A stretch of 64,000 bases of DNA. Source: Thermoanaerobaculia bacterium. GTDB taxonomy: Bacteria; Acidobacteriota; Thermoanaerobaculia; UBA5066; DATFVB01. A program made the translations under genes and the position numbers. Of this stretch, positions 61,504 to 64,000 are shown piece by piece (the stretch's first letter is position 1; every line of letters begins with the position of its first letter). Where the stretch lies: NCBI GenBank assembly GCA_035717485.1, contig DASTIQ010000283.1:2846-66845 (forward strand). The letters run 5' to 3'. The notes beneath the pieces are model-generated. The model did not search any database and was not told where the DNA came from. It saw nothing but the letters and a program-made list of their open reading frames with translations.

Positions 61504-61846
61504 TCCGCTAACCCAAGAGGAACGCGTCGGCTCGCGGCTCAGACCTCACCCGAGGTGATCAAATCGGCGTTTGCCACGAGTTCCCTCCTGAACACTCGAG
61601 AAGCCCGCCGAGCTCTCCTCTTCGGTCAAAGGAGCGTCAAACGCGAGGACGAGAGCATAGGGGGAGAGTGGCCTCGTGTTTTAGTTTGGCGTGCGGCGGC
61701 GCAGCTCGCTCGGCTTCGGTTGGAGCCGGTCCGAGCGGGAGCCTCGCGGTCCTCACCTACCTTCCCGCCACAACTCGGGCTTTCGAGAACAACGTCGTCC
61801 GGTGGGCAAGATGTCCTTCTCGCTGAATTCCCGACGGCGAAGAAAG

Positions 61847-62737
61847 TCAACGATCCTGCCTCGTAAGGTCAGCCCCGAGAGATTTGACGGTCGCCTCGGC
61901 CCGCTTCGTGCCCGCGCGGACTGCTTCTGCCTGCAAGGCTTCCCCGTAATTCTTAGCGGTCTTCCGGAGGCGTTCCCTTCCCCCGCGATCGATGCGGCCG
62001 AGAAGCCGAAGAAGCCCGTCGAGGATCGTCAGCGGGTGGGGCGGACAACCGGGGATGTAGAGATCGACCTGAATGTCCGCCGGGACCCCGCCGTGTGAGG
62101 CCGCCGCGCCGGCGAACGGGCCGCCACTGATCGCGCAGGCCCCAACCGCAATCACGATCTTCGGCTCAGGAACCGCCGCGTAAGTCTCTCGAAGTGCGTA
62201 CTCCATGTTGGTCGTCACGGGACCCGTGACGACGATGCCGTCGGCATGGCGCGGCGAGGCTACGAATTGGATTCCGAAACGGCTGAGGTCGAAGACCACG
62301 TTGCTCATCGCCGTCAGCTCCGCCGCGCAGCCGCTGCAATCTCCAGCCGAAACATGGCGAAGCTTCAAGGAACGGCCGAAGAGTCTTCGCATCTCCTCTT
62401 CAAGCGCGGTGGCGAGTCGTGCTTGCCTCCCGGAGACGACGAGGTCAGCACGGGAACGTGCGGCGAGGCGGTGGTCCGGCGTGTAGACGATCGCGCCCTC
62501 CGGGCACGCCTCCTGGCATACCGTGCAGAACAGGCAGGCCCCGAGGTCGATGCGAAGCGGATCTGTCGCGATCGCCAGAGTCGGACACGCGTCCGCGCAG
62601 GCGCGGCAAGCTTCCCGGCACCTCGATTCGTCTAGGACCGGGCGACCGCGAAAGCGCGCGGGCAGCTGCCCCGACTCGTTGGGGAATCTCGTCGTCCGGT
62701 GCCCCTGCCGCACGCGCGCTTTCAGCAGGTCAAGCAT
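61847..62737 (-). CDS. fusion of a 2x[4Fe-4S] ferredoxin (HycF/NuoI-like) and a group-4 hydrogenase small subunit (HycG/NuoB-like)
   Basis: 296 aa. N-terminal CREACRACADACP and CLFCTVCQEACP. C-terminal NuoB-fold with hydrogenase-type cluster ligands DCSGC...GACAISGG...PGCPP. Confidence 0.8.
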   Translation of the reverse strand: MLDLLKARVRQGHRTTRFPNESGQLPARFRGRPVLDESRCREACRACADACPTLAIATDPLRIDLGACLFCTVCQEACPEGAIVYTPDHRLAARSRADLVVSGRQARLATALEEEMRRLFGRSLKLRHVSAGDCSGCAAELTAMSNVVFDLSRFGIQFVASPRHADGIVVTGPVTTNMEYALRETYAAVPEPKIVIAVGACAISGGPFAGAAASHGGVPADIQVDLYIPGCPPHPLTILDGLLRLLGRIDRGGRERLRKTAKNYGEALQAEAVRAGTKRAEATVKSLGADLTRQDR

Positions 62738-62747
62738 CTTTGCCTCG

Positions 62748-64000
62748 TCATAGATCGTGGCCTGCGTAGGAGAGATTGAAGCTCTTGTTGCAGAGAGGGA
62801 AGTCCGAGATCTGATTGCCGCGCAGGGCCATCGTCAGCCCGAACCAATTATGAAAAGAGGGATCGACGATCTTGTAGCCGGCAAGCTGGCCATCTGCGGA
62901 GGTGACGGCCACGTGCACGATTTCGCCTCGCCAGCCCTCGACCATCGACACGGCGAGGCTCTCGGGCGCCAGGGAGCTCGGGGAACCGCCCGGACCCCCG
63001 CTGACATCCAGCCCGGGGATGTCCACGGACAGGGACTCCCGGGGAAGCTCGTTGATCTGCTCACGCAGGAACGTATTCGAACGCTGCGTCTCGAGCCAGC
63101 GAACGAGAGCACGCGCCATCACGTCCCCCGACTCGACGAGCGCCACCGGGATGTGAGCGAAACGGAAGATGCCGAACGGGTGGTCGCGCCGTACGTCTCG
63201 GTCGCAGCCGCTGGCGCGAGCGACCGGTCCGACCAGACCGAGCGCTTCCGCCACCTCGCGCGTCACGACTCCGGTGTGCTCGAACCGCGATCCCACGGTC
63301 GGCGAGTTGAACGTCACTTGTGCCGTGTCCCGAAGATCACGCTCCGCCTTAGCCAGGCGAGCGAGGAAACCCTCGCGCTGCTCCGCTGACAGCCCAAAGC
63401 GAATACCGCCCAGATTGACGAGTCCCCGCCCGAAGCGGTTGCCGGAGAGCTCCATCAGCAAGTTCAGGAACTCGCCTCGAAGCCGTCCAAACCAGGAAGC
63501 GCCGGCCAGATAACCAATGTCGTTGCAGAGCGCTCCCAGGTCGCCGACGTGGTTGGCAAGCCGCTCCAGCTCCAGCGCGATCCCCCGCACGGCTTGCGCG
63601 TAGAGCGGGAGCTCGACGCCTGCCAGCGCCTCGATAGCCGCGCAGTAAGCGAGCGCGTGGCCCACGGCCGTGTCTCCCGCGATCGACTCCGCGACCGCCA
63701 GGCGCCGGGCCGGCGACGACTTGAGAAGCAGGGCTTCCGCGCCCCGATGCTGGTAGCCGAGCTGAATCTCCAGGTGATGAACGGTCTCCCCGGAGCACTG
63801 GAAGCGGAAGTGCCCGGGCTCGATGATGCCCGCATGGACGGGACCGACGGCGACCTCGTGAATACCTGAGCCTTCGAGGCGGAAAAATGGATGTGCTGGC
63901 GAGCTCACGCCGTCGTTGCCCGGCCCCGCCTCGAGATCGGCATGTCGGCGCAGGGCTTTCAACCAGGGATGGCCGTCGGGGCAGATGCCGTGGTCTTCGA
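62748..64000 (-). CDS. group-4 [NiFe]-hydrogenase large-subunit homolog (HycE/NuoD-like) lacking Ni-binding cysteines; 5' part runs off the right edge
   Basis: GPVHAGIIEPGHFRF...LGYQHRG NuoD/HycE fold. AGDT replaces RxCGxC; the C-terminus is DFPLCNKSF rather than DPCxxC. The reading frame stays open to position 64000, so the true start is outside the window. Confidence 0.75.
   Translation of the reverse strand, partial: EDHGICPDGHPWLKALRRHADLEAGPGNDGVSSPAHPFFRLEGSGIHEVAVGPVHAGIIEPGHFRFQCSGETVHHLEIQLGYQHRGAEALLLKSSPARRLAVAESIAGDTAVGHALAYCAAIEALAGVELPLYAQAVRGIALELERLANHVGDLGALCNDIGYLAGASWFGRLRGEFLNLLMELSGNRFGRGLVNLGGIRFGLSAEQREGFLARLAKAERDLRDTAQVTFNSPTVGSRFEHTGVVTREVAEALGLVGPVARASGCDRDVRRDHPFGIFRFAHIPVALVESGDVMARALVRWLETQRSNTFLREQINELPRESLSVDIPGLDVSGGPGGSPSSLAPESLAVSMVEGWRGEIVHVAVTSADGQLAGYKIVDPSFHNWFGLTMALRGNQISDFPLCNKSFNLSYAGHDL

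Noticed and set aside
61555-61866. 103-aa ORF downstream of tRNA-Phe
   Set aside because: Poor GC3 bias, no ribosome-binding site, and it lies in a lower-GC spacer. Treated as non-coding.

Overview
This is a 64 kb, roughly 70% GC chromosomal segment from a diderm bacterium. Ribosome-binding sites are GGAGG-type, and many genes are translationally coupled with ATGA, GTGA or TGATG overlaps. The phylum cannot be determined from this window. The content is dense core and envelope metabolism: a 7Fe ferredoxin, TPR-glmU-glmS, a UvrD/PcrA-family helicase and two mscL paralogs. After aconitase A come two >1100-aa secreted BNR/Asp-box proteins and uvrA coupled to an FHA-RDD membrane protein. Next are a UDP-sugar block (uxs, ugd, epimerase) co-directional with mlaE-mlaF-mlaD, then plsC, mrp/apbC, a run of small hypotheticals, ndh-ubiB-cls, a czcCBA-type RND efflux operon whose outer-membrane factor carries an in-frame TAG, a ydiJ-like FAD/Fe-S oxidoreductase coupled to a GH144-like protein, and a thioredoxin-like protein with dsbD. 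The right edge holds tRNA-Phe followed by the start of a group-4 hydrogenase-like (Ehr-type) module that runs off the window. No CRISPR array, transposase, integrase or rRNA was seen. The six-frame track contains many long antisense shadow ORFs that are not listed as genes. CDS coordinates are taken from the ORF track by arithmetic and include the stop codon. Hairpin and other non-CDS coordinates were read by eye and may be off by 1-2 nt.
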